NCBI RefSeq assembly: GCF_021246445.1
Contig: NZ_JAJQXW010000002.1
Coordinates: 186,001-250,000, forward strand
DNA: 64,000 nt
Direction of reading: 5' to 3'
Origin: Rhabdothermincola salaria
Lineage (GTDB): Bacteria > Actinomycetota > Acidimicrobiia > Acidimicrobiales > Acidimicrobilacustridaceae
Of this stretch, positions 10,002 to 19,385 are shown in pieces. The notes under the pieces are model-generated. The model was not told where the DNA came from, searched no databases, and worked only from the letters and a program-made list of their open reading frames with translations. The stretch's first letter is position 1. Each line of letters starts with the position of its first letter. The translations under genes were made by a program, and so were the position numbers.

Positions 10002-13000
10002 ATGAGTGAGTTCTTGGAGGACGTCGATCCTCGCCGGTGGAAGGATCTTCCCGACGGGTCCCCCGCCTATCTCAAGCCTGTGGAGTTCTACCTGGGTGTT
10101 GATCCAAACAAGGGCCGCGACATCGTCGTGCGCGTCGTCGATGCTGAGCGCCCTCCAGCCCGGGGCGACCTGGAGAGGCTCTGGCAGTCGATGGCGCAGA
10201 CACTGGTTCTGGTGCTTGCGGTCCGCTACGTCTCCAAGGGCTCCGAGGTGGTCGACCTGGTGGGTGGCCGCCGGAAGTTGCCGGCTAACGCACCCAAGGG
10301 TGCGCGTCCTCGTCCGCTGGTCGTGCAGAAGGTGCCCGTCGTCGAGGCCCGGAAGTTTTGTCAGATCATCCTCAGCGAAGAGACGCCGCACTCAGCGAAT
10401 CGTCTGGTGGCGCGATGGATGGACGAGCGCGCCACCGAGATGCCTGGCCTCAAGAACGACGGACTCTTCGCCCGGCACGCGCTGCTCAACTACGTGCCAG
10501 AACGCCCCGACTGGCCGCCCGCGTCCGAGAAGGCCACGAAGGCCCGCGACACCGCCGGCCGTGACCTCGTAAAGGCACTCGGCTTTCACATCGACGAGTC
10601 GAGTGAGCCCAATGCGGTGTTGCTCACCATCGATGGCGCCCCGACTGCCTCGGCGCTGTTCCTCGAGGGTGCGGGCTCATTCGACGAGCCGAGCGCCCAG
10701 TACGGGGCCATCTCCCCTGTCACCCATGCACTCGCCGTCGCACGCCGGCATCGGGTTCGGTGGGTTGTGCTCACCCGTAAGCGCAGCATTCGTCTGCATC
10801 CGGTGAGCCCTGACCTCGGCGTGGGTCGGCGAGGTCGCACCACCACCTACGTCGAAATCAACCTCGACATGCTGCCCGAGGACCGCTCGGCCTTTCTATG
10901 GCTGCTGTTCAGCTCTGAGGCGCTCACTGACGGGGGCACCGTCGACGAGATCCTCGCCGCATCGGAGCGGTTCGCAAATGATCTCGGGTCCCGACTCCGG
11001 GAGCGTGTCTACAACGAGGTCGTCCCAGACCTCGCGACCGCACTCGGCCGTCAGCTCGCCGAAGACACTGAAGACGGTTGGCTCACCGAGGCCTACCACC
11101 GCACCATGGTGGTCCTGTTCCGGATGCTGTTCGTCGCATACGCCGAGGACAAGGGCCTTCTCCCGTACGAACGCAACATCCCGTACACGAACGCCTCGCT
11201 GAAGACGATTGCCCGGGAACTCATCCCCTACGTCCAGGGCGAGCAGGAGTTCTCGCCCGACTCCGCAGTGTTCTGGAGACGCGTCGTCAACCTGTGGCGA
11301 GCCGTCGACAAGGGCAAGACCGACTGGGGCATCCCGGCCTACAACGGTGGCCTCTTCTCAACCGCCGGCGCCACCGGTGCGGCACTCGACAAGCTCGAAC
11401 TCAGCGACCTTGATTTCGGCCCAGCGCTGGCACGCCTGCTCGTCGACATCGACCCGGACGGTGTTGAGGGGCCGGTTGACTTCCGGTCGCTGTCGGTGCG
11501 GGAGTTCGGCTCCATCTACGAGGGGCTGCTCGAAAGCGAGCTCGCCGTCGCCGAAACTGACCTCACCACCGACAAGAAGGGCCTCTACCTTCCCTCCCGG
11601 AAGAAGGACAAAGTCGTCGTTGCAGCAGGCGAGGTCTACTTTCACAATGCCTCAGGCGCCCGAAAGTCGAGCGGCTCGTACTTCACTAAACCGTTCGCTG
11701 TCGAGCACCTGCTCGACCACGCGCTCGAACCCGCCATCGCCGATCATTTCGGCCGTGTCGTCGCAGACCTCGACCGGGGCGACGACGCAGCGGCAGCACG
11801 CCGGTTCTTCGACTTCCGCTGCGTCGACATCTCGATGGGCTCAGGGCACTTCCTGGTGGCCGCGGTTGACCGGCTCGAGGCGCGGTTCTCCGAGTTCTTG
11901 GATGAGCACCCCATCCCTGGGGTGACCCGGGAACTCGAGACACTGCGTGAGGCCGCGCTCAACGAGCTCCGCCACTGCGCGGACGATGCGCTTATCGAGA
12001 ATGCAGCGCTGCTGCGTCGTCAGATCGCCCGACGCTGCGTCTACGGCGTCGACCTAAACCTGGTGTCGGTCGAGCTAGCGCGGCTCGCGATCTGGATTCA
12101 CACCTTCGTGCCGGGCCTTCCGTTGTCGTTCCTCGACCACAACCTCGTCGCGGGCAACTCCCTCACCGGCATCGGGACACTCGACGAAGCTGCGGGTGCC
12201 GTCGACCAGAACTCGTTCGTCGCCGCGTCGCTCGAGGACATGATCGGCAAGGCCCGCCCCGCCCTCGAACGGCTCGGTACTGTCACTGATGCGACGGTTG
12301 CCGATGTGAAGGCAGCACGCTCGGCACACGAGGAGGCCAAGAACGCGATCGCGGACGCCGAGCGCCTGTTCGACCTCCTTGTGTTGAACCGAGCCGATCT
12401 TGCTGGCATCAGCCTTTTCAGCACGGACCAGGACTCCGTCGCACAACTGCACGCTGATGTCGCAGTTGCCGATGCTCTGTCTGAGCTCAACCCGCTTCAC
12501 TACCCGACGGCCTTCCCCGAGGTGTTCCTCCGTGAGCGTCCAGGCTTCGACTGCATCTTGGGCAACCCGCCGTGGGACAAGGTTCGGTTTGAGCCGCAGC
12601 AGTTCTGGGTAGTTCGAGCTCCTGGGCTCAGGTCCCTCTCGGAGCCGCAGCAGAAGCGGATGATGGAACGTCTCCGCTCTGAGCGACCCGCCGAGGCCAT
12701 GGCGGAAGTGCGCGAACGCGAGTCCCGAGAGCAACTGCAAGGACTCATCGACAACGCCTTCCTCTGGCAAGGTCGGGGGCAGCATGGACACCACGATTAC
12801 GCCAAGTTGTTCGTTGAGCGGGCGCTGCGGCTCCTCGGGCAACACGGAAGCCTCGGATACGTGCTGCCGCGGACATCGTTGGTTCTCGCAGGGTGGACTG
12901 ACCTGAGGCGGGCAATGATGGATGGCGCGGAACTTTCGCTACTTCAGGCTCGAAACAAGCGAGGGTTCCTTTTCGACGACGTCGATCAGCGACTCATGAT

Positions 13001-13988
13001 GGTCCTTTGCTCCCGCACCCCGGGCAGCGGCGAGGTGCTCATCTGGCCGTCCATCACTAGCGAAGAGTCACTGCGAAACGCCGGTGCGACGCCGGGAATC
13101 AGCGTCGGCCGGGACGAGATTGAGTCGCTCACGGACAAGAGCGTTATTCCATGGTTCTCCAGCGGAGAGGACCGGCCCATTTTCGATCAGCTTCGCAAGG
13201 CCCGCAGGCTCGGGGAGCCGAGCGGCTGGATCACCGGTCGTGCTGACTCCTCCCGGTGGGACTTCAGCGGGTCCGGCCCACACCGAGCCTTCATCACCGA
13301 TGCCGGCTCAAAGGCGAGTTGGCGAGTCCTGATGACGCGTCATGTCGATCAGTACCGCATCGCCATGGAGGATGAGTTCCGGCGCTTCATCGTCAGCCCC
13401 GCAGAACTCGCCCCGCTGCATCTAGGTGTCGTGGTGGACAAGCGAGGTCGCGTTCACGTTGGAGCGGATCATCCAGTGATCATCTACCGCTACCCGAGCA
13501 TGAACGACAACAGCCGCACAGTACTTGCCACTGCCCTTCCGGACGAAGGCTTCCTGTTCTCCAAGGGTTACGTCCATGGAGTGATGGTCGATCCGTCAAC
13601 CTCGACGTCGCACATCCTTGCGCTTCTCGGGCTGATGAACAGCTACACCTGTGACTGGTGGGCGCGGCGCTTCGTCGACCGGCACGTGACGAAGCAGACC
13701 ATTGAGAACCTCCCGCTGCCCGAGTGGGACGAAGAGTCGATTGAGAGAGTGGCGAGGTGGGTCGCCGCATTGCTGAGCATGGGTGGAACCAAGACGCTCG
13801 CGGGGGGTCGCAAACTCGAGGGTGTAATTCGCATCACTGACAGGGACGAACTCGTTGTTGCGATCGAGAAGGAGGTTCTCCTTGGCTTCGGGCTCTCGAC
13901 CACAGATCTCGCATCAGTCCTTGAGGACTTCAGCGACACTGGCTGCCCTGAGGATCTGAGGTCACAGTTGTTGGAGGACCTGGCATGA
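10002..13988 (+). CDS. Eco57I-like type IIG N6-adenine DNA methyltransferase; REase motif appears degenerate
   Basis: YNGGLF, FGSIYEGLLE, RKSSGSYFT, VDISMGSGHFL, YGVDLN, GFDCILGNPPW; C-terminal TRD-like region. Confidence 0.85.
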   Translation: MSEFLEDVDPRRWKDLPDGSPAYLKPVEFYLGVDPNKGRDIVVRVVDAERPPARGDLERLWQSMAQTLVLVLAVRYVSKGSEVVDLVGGRRKLPANAPKGARPRPLVVQKVPVVEARKFCQIILSEETPHSANRLVARWMDERATEMPGLKNDGLFARHALLNYVPERPDWPPASEKATKARDTAGRDLVKALGFHIDESSEPNAVLLTIDGAPTASALFLEGAGSFDEPSAQYGAISPVTHALAVARRHRVRWVVLTRKRSIRLHPVSPDLGVGRRGRTTTYVEINLDMLPEDRSAFLWLLFSSEALTDGGTVDEILAASERFANDLGSRLRERVYNEVVPDLATALGRQLAEDTEDGWLTEAYHRTMVVLFRMLFVAYAEDKGLLPYERNIPYTNASLKTIARELIPYVQGEQEFSPDSAVFWRRVVNLWRAVDKGKTDWGIPAYNGGLFSTAGATGAALDKLELSDLDFGPALARLLVDIDPDGVEGPVDFRSLSVREFGSIYEGLLESELAVAETDLTTDKKGLYLPSRKKDKVVVAAGEVYFHNASGARKSSGSYFTKPFAVEHLLDHALEPAIADHFGRVVADLDRGDDAAAARRFFDFRCVDISMGSGHFLVAAVDRLEARFSEFLDEHPIPGVTRELETLREAALNELRHCADDALIENAALLRRQIARRCVYGVDLNLVSVELARLAIWIHTFVPGLPLSFLDHNLVAGNSLTGIGTLDEAAGAVDQNSFVAASLEDMIGKARPALERLGTVTDATVADVKAARSAHEEAKNAIADAERLFDLLVLNRADLAGISLFSTDQDSVAQLHADVAVADALSELNPLHYPTAFPEVFLRERPGFDCILGNPPWDKVRFEPQQFWVVRAPGLRSLSEPQQKRMMERLRSERPAEAMAEVRERESREQLQGLIDNAFLWQGRGQHGHHDYAKLFVERALRLLGQHGSLGYVLPRTSLVLAGWTDLRRAMMDGAELSLLQARNKRGFLFDDVDQRLMMVLCSRTPGSGEVLIWPSITSEESLRNAGATPGISVGRDEIESLTDKSVIPWFSSGEDRPIFDQLRKARRLGEPSGWITGRADSSRWDFSGSGPHRAFITDAGSKASWRVLMTRHVDQYRIAMEDEFRRFIVSPAELAPLHLGVVVDKRGRVHVGADHPVIIYRYPSMNDNSRTVLATALPDEGFLFSKGYVHGVMVDPSTSTSHILALLGLMNSYTCDWWARRFVDRHVTKQTIENLPLPEWDEESIERVARWVAALLSMGGTKTLAGGRKLEGVIRITDRDELVVAIEKEVLLGFGLSTTDLASVLEDFSDTGCPEDLRSQLLEDLA

Positions 13989-16900
13989 CCACCGACCCGA
14001 AACCCGTCATCGCGACGAATCGTCCCGGGGAGGGCGTTGCAGAGGCGATCAACGCTCGGCTCGCCTACTGGGAATCGGAGATGGTCAACGCACCAGAGGT
14101 GCGCATTTCGACCGCCTACTTCAACCCCGGTGGCTACTCACTCCTCGCTGACCAGCTCGACAACGCAGCGAAGGTGCGGCTCCTCCTCGGCGTAGAGCCT
14201 GAGCTGCCGGAGCGTCGGGTCCGGTCTCTTGCAGAGCCGTCCAATCGTGCCAGGGCGGAGCGTCTTCGACTCGCCGACGCCCTGTCGGAAGCCGAGGGGT
14301 GGATCATTGAGGAGCGCAATCTGCTCGGCTTCAGCATCGACGCCGACGCCAACGCCAAGCGACTCGTCAAGTGGTTGAAATCCGACCATGTTGAGGTGCG
14401 CCGGCTCACCGACCGTTTCCTGCACGGCAAGGCGTTCATCATCCCCACAGGCAAGGACATGGCGATGGTGGGGTCGTCCAACTTCACGTACGCCGGGCTG
14501 TCGACGAACGCCGAGCTCAACCTTGGCCGCTACGACGACGCCGTCGAACTGGTCACCAACTGGTTCGATGAGATGTGGGACGCGGCCGAGGACTACGACC
14601 TGGCGCGCATCTACGAGGCCCGCTTCCTCGAACACCACCCCTGGACGATCTACCTGCGAATGCTCTACGCCGTGTACGGCGCTGACCTGGCAGAAGAAGA
14701 GCGCCGCCGGGCTTCCGAGCTGATGCTTGCCCCGTTCCAGGTCGCGGGTGTCGTACGGGCGATGCGCTATCTCGAGGAACGCCACGGCGTGATCGTGGCC
14801 GATGACGTCGGCCTCGGGAAGACGTTCGTTGCGGGTGAGATCTTGATGCGGTTCGTTCGTGACAACCGCCAGCGTGCCCTGGTCATCGCCCCTGCGGTGC
14901 TGCGCGACGGGCCGTGGAAGCGGTTCTTGTTCGAGAACAACCTGAACGTCGAGGTGCTGTCGTACGAGCAACTTGCCAGCGAATCTGCTCTGCACACCGA
15001 GGATGAACGCGCCCGCCTCCAGGCCCACCTCAAGCTCGATGTCGACGACTACTCACTCGTTGTCGTCGACGAGGCACACAACCTCCGGAACCCTGCCGCC
15101 CAGCGCTCAGAGGCACTCCGAAGGCTGCTCGCCGGTACTCCGCGCAAGAAGATTGTCCTGCTGACGGCGACGCCGGTGAACAACAGTCTGATGGACGTGT
15201 ACCACCTGCTCCGGTTCTTCGTCCTCGATGACGCGGCTTTCGCAGACCGGGGCATCACCTCGATGAAGGCTCGTTTCGACGATGCGATGGCCAAGGACCC
15301 TGAGGAACTCTCCGCCGACGACCTATTCGAGATCCTCGACTACTCAGTCGTCCGCCGCACCCGGTCGTTTGTGCGGAAGTACCACCCGAACGACAGGCTG
15401 ATCATCAACGGCCAGTGGCAGACCGTCAACTTCCCAACCCCACGCCCTATCCAGGTCGACTACGACCTGGAGGAGGCCTACCCCGGGCTGCTCGAACGCT
15501 TCGCGAAGGCCATCGAGGCGTACACCTACGGGGCGCCCTGCCCTGACGGAGTCTTGGCGATGGCTCGCTACATGCCGTCGCTTTACAGGCTCGAGAACAT
15601 CAAGTTTCGCAAGGGTGAGCAGTTCGAGATCCAGCTCGGTGGTTTGCTCCGATCAGCGTTGCTCAAGCGCTTCGAGTCCTCGGCGCTCGCGTTCGCCAAG
15701 ACGGCGCGCAAGATGGCCGACAGCCACGACGGCATGATCGAGCTCCTCCTCGCCGGCAAGGTGCCCACCGGGCGCGCTCTCACCGAGTGGATGAAGACCG
15801 ACGCCGATGACATCGAGGCTTTCGAGGAGCTCATTACCGACAAGGATGGCTTCGAACTCGAACCCGCCGAGAACTACGACGCCGAGGCCCTCAAACGAGA
15901 TCTCGAGCGAGACCGCGACCTGCTCCGCAGCTTCGCCGCAGAAGCCGAGAAGGTCGCCGCCAAGGACGATCCGAAACTCGACGCCATCGTTGAGGAACTC
16001 GCGATCATCGCCGCCCAAGCCGCCAAGGAGAGTGTCGGCGAAGACCAGGAGCGCGACCAGCGCAAGGTTCTGATCTTCAGCTACTTCGCCGACACCGTGA
16101 AGTGGGTGCATGACCACCTCGTCATCGCCACCCAGTCAGACCCCCGCCTCGCTGCCTACAAGGACCGCATCGTGGCCGTGTACGGCAACGATGCCGACTC
16201 GAGCAAGGCGATGTTCGGCTTCGCGCCGAAGACCACCGACCCGCCTGCCGGCGCCGACAATGACCTCTTCGACATCGTCATCGCGACCGATGTCCTCGCC
16301 GAAGGCGTGAACCTCCAACAGGCGCGCCACATCATCAACTACGACCTGCCGTGGAACCCGATGCGCCTCGTGCAACGTCACGGCCGCATCGACCGCCTGG
16401 GCAGCCTGCACGAGGAGGTGTTTCTCCGCTGCGTGTACCCGGACAAACAACTGGACAAGCTGCTGGAGCTCGAGGCCCGTCTTCACCGCAAGCTCCGCCA
16501 GGCGATGGTCACCTTCGGCGGCACAGCGCCCCTACCTGGGTACGACGACGTAGACGTCTCCTACACGGACGACACTAAGGACGTTCTCGACAAGCTCCGC
16601 GCCGGCGACAACAGCCTGTTCACTACCGGCGGCGGCACAGTCCTCGGTGAAGAGTTCCGCCAGTTCCTCCGTCGTGAACTTGAACGACCGGGCACCAAGG
16701 AACGGCTGCACGACCTGCCCTGGGGGGCGGGCTCAGGCTTCGTTCGAGCCGGCACCCAGCCAGCGTGGGTGTTCTGCGCTCAGGTCGGCGACCACCCCGA
16801 GGCCCGATTCGCGTACGTCACGCTCGGACCCGACGGGTACGTCGTGGACGGCAATCAGCTGCGGTCCTTGCTCGAAGCACGTCCTGACGACGAGGCAAAC

Positions 16901-17368
16901 ACGACCCGTACGCTTAGCCCTGAGATGTACGAAGCAACGTTCAAGGCGTGGGATACCGCCCGGGACCACATTCTCGAATCTTGGGAGTTCGCCACCGACA
17001 CCAAGAACCTTGACCCCAAGATCCCGGCGGTCATGGACCGAGCCATTGCCGTCGTTGAGGACGACTACGAAGGTGTTCTCACCGTCGAAGAAGCTGACGC
17101 ACTCGTCGAGCGGCTTCGGGCGCCCTACCCGGAACGACTTCTTCGCCCGGTGCGCAAGGTGTTGAACGAAGGAAGTCCCAAGGACCAGGTTGCCGCACTC
17201 GCTGAGCTTGCCGATCAACTGGGCTTCACCCCCAGCACCCGACCGCAGCCTCTCCCGCCGGTCAACGAAGACGACATCCACCTGCTGTGCTGGATGGCGA
17301 TCACTCCCAACGGGCCCGCTGGCCTCATCGAACAACTCGGTGAATTGCCGCTCGGCGACAAGCTCTGA
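13985..17368 (+). CDS. PLD-nuclease domain + SNF2-like SF2 helicase
   Basis: FLHGKAF..GSSNFT (PLD); ADDVGLGKT, VVDEAHN, LTATPVNN, TDVLAEGVNLQ, LPWNPMRLVQRHGRIDR; ATGA overlap with the MTase. Confidence 0.9.
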   Translation: MTTDPKPVIATNRPGEGVAEAINARLAYWESEMVNAPEVRISTAYFNPGGYSLLADQLDNAAKVRLLLGVEPELPERRVRSLAEPSNRARAERLRLADALSEAEGWIIEERNLLGFSIDADANAKRLVKWLKSDHVEVRRLTDRFLHGKAFIIPTGKDMAMVGSSNFTYAGLSTNAELNLGRYDDAVELVTNWFDEMWDAAEDYDLARIYEARFLEHHPWTIYLRMLYAVYGADLAEEERRRASELMLAPFQVAGVVRAMRYLEERHGVIVADDVGLGKTFVAGEILMRFVRDNRQRALVIAPAVLRDGPWKRFLFENNLNVEVLSYEQLASESALHTEDERARLQAHLKLDVDDYSLVVVDEAHNLRNPAAQRSEALRRLLAGTPRKKIVLLTATPVNNSLMDVYHLLRFFVLDDAAFADRGITSMKARFDDAMAKDPEELSADDLFEILDYSVVRRTRSFVRKYHPNDRLIINGQWQTVNFPTPRPIQVDYDLEEAYPGLLERFAKAIEAYTYGAPCPDGVLAMARYMPSLYRLENIKFRKGEQFEIQLGGLLRSALLKRFESSALAFAKTARKMADSHDGMIELLLAGKVPTGRALTEWMKTDADDIEAFEELITDKDGFELEPAENYDAEALKRDLERDRDLLRSFAAEAEKVAAKDDPKLDAIVEELAIIAAQAAKESVGEDQERDQRKVLIFSYFADTVKWVHDHLVIATQSDPRLAAYKDRIVAVYGNDADSSKAMFGFAPKTTDPPAGADNDLFDIVIATDVLAEGVNLQQARHIINYDLPWNPMRLVQRHGRIDRLGSLHEEVFLRCVYPDKQLDKLLELEARLHRKLRQAMVTFGGTAPLPGYDDVDVSYTDDTKDVLDKLRAGDNSLFTTGGGTVLGEEFRQFLRRELERPGTKERLHDLPWGAGSGFVRAGTQPAWVFCAQVGDHPEARFAYVTLGPDGYVVDGNQLRSLLEARPDDEANTTRTLSPEMYEATFKAWDTARDHILESWEFATDTKNLDPKIPAVMDRAIAVVEDDYEGVLTVEEADALVERLRAPYPERLLRPVRKVLNEGSPKDQVAALAELADQLGFTPSTRPQPLPPVNEDDIHLLCWMAITPNGPAGLIEQLGELPLGDKL

Positions 17369-17370
17369 GT

Positions 17371-17706
17371 GTGCCGACGGTGGCTGACTCGAACACCGCC
17401 GGAGGGACCGACGAGAACGACCGCCGACACCCCCAGCTGCTCCGTCAGCTCCGCAAGGAGGGACGGCTCGTCGTTCCTGCAGCCGGGCGAGGCCTGGACG
17501 ACGCATGGCCGCCAGAGGCGAGCGTGACAGTCCCAGACATCGACACCGAAGCCTCGGTCGATATCGGGTACGGGCAGCTTTCCATGTTGCGCATCCGCCC
17601 CGACCTGATCGAGGTGCTCGACTGCAGCAGCGGTGAGACACAGCCCCCTCGGCACTATGACATCGCCGCGAACCTGCGGACCGCAGGCAGAGGTCATGGC
17701 AACTAA
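17371..17706 (+). CDS. Small DUF3293-like protein, possibly N-terminally degenerate
   Basis: ENDRRHPQLLRQLRKEG..AAGRGLDDAWPPEASVTV..IGYGQLSM aligns by eye with the DUF3293 part of 4045..5136. Confidence 0.55.
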   Translation: MPTVADSNTAGGTDENDRRHPQLLRQLRKEGRLVVPAAGRGLDDAWPPEASVTVPDIDTEASVDIGYGQLSMLRIRPDLIEVLDCSSGETQPPRHYDIAANLRTAGRGHGN

Positions 17707-19381
17707 GTCGACGCGCCGGTGGGGACAGCCAGCGTGGACCTTGCCCATGTACCAGCCGAGCACCGGCATGGACCATCTCGGGCTCGCATCGGTCTCTCAG
17801 GATCGGATACTGCCTGCTCTGTCCCCCGGGATCAACGTGTTGACGGTGCATCCTCGGTACTGGTCCGTGTACTGCTGGCTACTGACGGAGTTCTGGGATC
17901 GGGAGCTGCCCAGAACTCACGCCGCTTGGGGGCGCTTCCTCAAACCGCGCGAGCGGATCTTCGTCGCCGCGGTGCTTTCATGCCCGCAGCACAGCCTCGA
18001 CATCCCAGAGGTGGCTGGCAAGCGTCGAGTCGGCGCCGAGGTCGTAGACGCGGCGTCAGAGTTCGACCCGACGGCGCCGTACCTGAAGAACGCGCGCGGC
18101 GGCTATCCGATCTACGCGAGTGCGATCTCCCAGGTCGGGCTCACGATCCTCGACCGTGACACCGCGCAGTTCCACTGTGATGCGCCCAACGACGCCGGCC
18201 GAGCCGTCGCCCAAGCGCTGCGGGCGTGGGTGGAACCGACGGCGTACTACCAGCAGTACTTCGATACCGCCGATGAACCAGTGCCGGCAGATGTCGTTGC
18301 GGAGTACTCGGAGAAGATCTGCCTCTGTCGCTTGGTCGACGGGCCCGACCATCCCCACGTACAAGGTGCCTTCCTCCATGGAGGAAAGATCGACGAAGCA
18401 ACCCGTCGACGCAGCTCGCTGCGCCTCGTCTGCGACATGTCTGCGGAAACTGCACCGGACCCTGTCGAGGGGTGGGACTTCCGTCAGCTGATCTACTACT
18501 GGAACGACGATCACGGGCGTACATACGCACCCGGAAACGATGAGCTGATCACCACACTGCGGCGTTGGCGGCTCTATCAGCTCCGCGAGTTCCAAGGGTG
18601 GGCCTGCAACCGTTGGCTCCGGCTCATCTGCCGTCGCGGGCTTGACGCTGGCGGCGATCGAACCTCGATCCCGCTCGGCGACATCCTCGCCAGCGTCGAT
18701 TGCGCCGACTTCGGTGCGCTTGCGACGGCCCTGGGCGTCGACGACCCTGAGCTGAACACATCAAGCGACCTAGGAGCGCTCATCAATTGGGTGAACACGA
18801 TCGGCGAGATCTCCCACGACCTCGACGAGCCTTGGGCGCTCACCGCGCCCGGCTCCGAAGACCGCGTGCTCGACCACATCTGGGACCTCGACCTCGTCGG
18901 AGACGACATCACCGCCGGAATCGTCGTGCTAATGACGTCCTGCGCCCTAAGACTCTGGCCGAGGGAGCACGCGTTGCGCTACGCGCCTGACTGGCCGCTC
19001 GTCACCGCTGGCGGTGTGCGCCGGCTGAGCGTCGTCAAGCTCGTTGAAGATCTGCGCCGGCTCGACCGAGACGGTGCAACGATCGGCGAGGCGTCTCGGT
19101 GGATTCTCGAGCACTACGTGATCCGCCAGCACCATCGGGTCGCTCTCGGAAAGCTCCCCGACGACACGTTCCGCCTACGGCTCGACGCCGGGCGGGTGCA
19201 GTTCGTCGATGAGCCCGTGGCCGTCGAGATGAATGACTCCCGATTCAGGGCGCTATCGACCTGCGCCGCCGAGCTCGGCTGGACTCGGCCTCTGAAGGAG
19301 TCGAACCACGGCCTCACCCGAACAGGTCGCCGGTTCGTGACCAACGGAGACCTGCCCGCTTTCCCGAGCGAGAACGTGTAG
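17696..19381 (+). CDS. Hypothetical protein with a DUF6361-like N-terminus (usual partner of PLD proteins)
   Basis: MDHLGL..QDRILPALSPGINVLTVHPRYWSVY resembles the DxLG..L.PG...T.R.RY pattern; GAGG RBS. Confidence 0.55.
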   Translation: MATKSTRRWGQPAWTLPMYQPSTGMDHLGLASVSQDRILPALSPGINVLTVHPRYWSVYCWLLTEFWDRELPRTHAAWGRFLKPRERIFVAAVLSCPQHSLDIPEVAGKRRVGAEVVDAASEFDPTAPYLKNARGGYPIYASAISQVGLTILDRDTAQFHCDAPNDAGRAVAQALRAWVEPTAYYQQYFDTADEPVPADVVAEYSEKICLCRLVDGPDHPHVQGAFLHGGKIDEATRRRSSLRLVCDMSAETAPDPVEGWDFRQLIYYWNDDHGRTYAPGNDELITTLRRWRLYQLREFQGWACNRWLRLICRRGLDAGGDRTSIPLGDILASVDCADFGALATALGVDDPELNTSSDLGALINWVNTIGEISHDLDEPWALTAPGSEDRVLDHIWDLDLVGDDITAGIVVLMTSCALRLWPREHALRYAPDWPLVTAGGVRRLSVVKLVEDLRRLDRDGATIGEASRWILEHYVIRQHHRVALGKLPDDTFRLRLDAGRVQFVDEPVAVEMNDSRFRALSTCAAELGWTRPLKESNHGLTRTGRRFVTNGDLPAFPSENV

Positions 19382-19385
19382 CCAG

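Noticed and set aside
5198..17368. Canonical BREX/Pgl or DISARM system
   Set aside because: No pglZ, pglY/brxC or drmA/drmB homologues are recognisable in the window.
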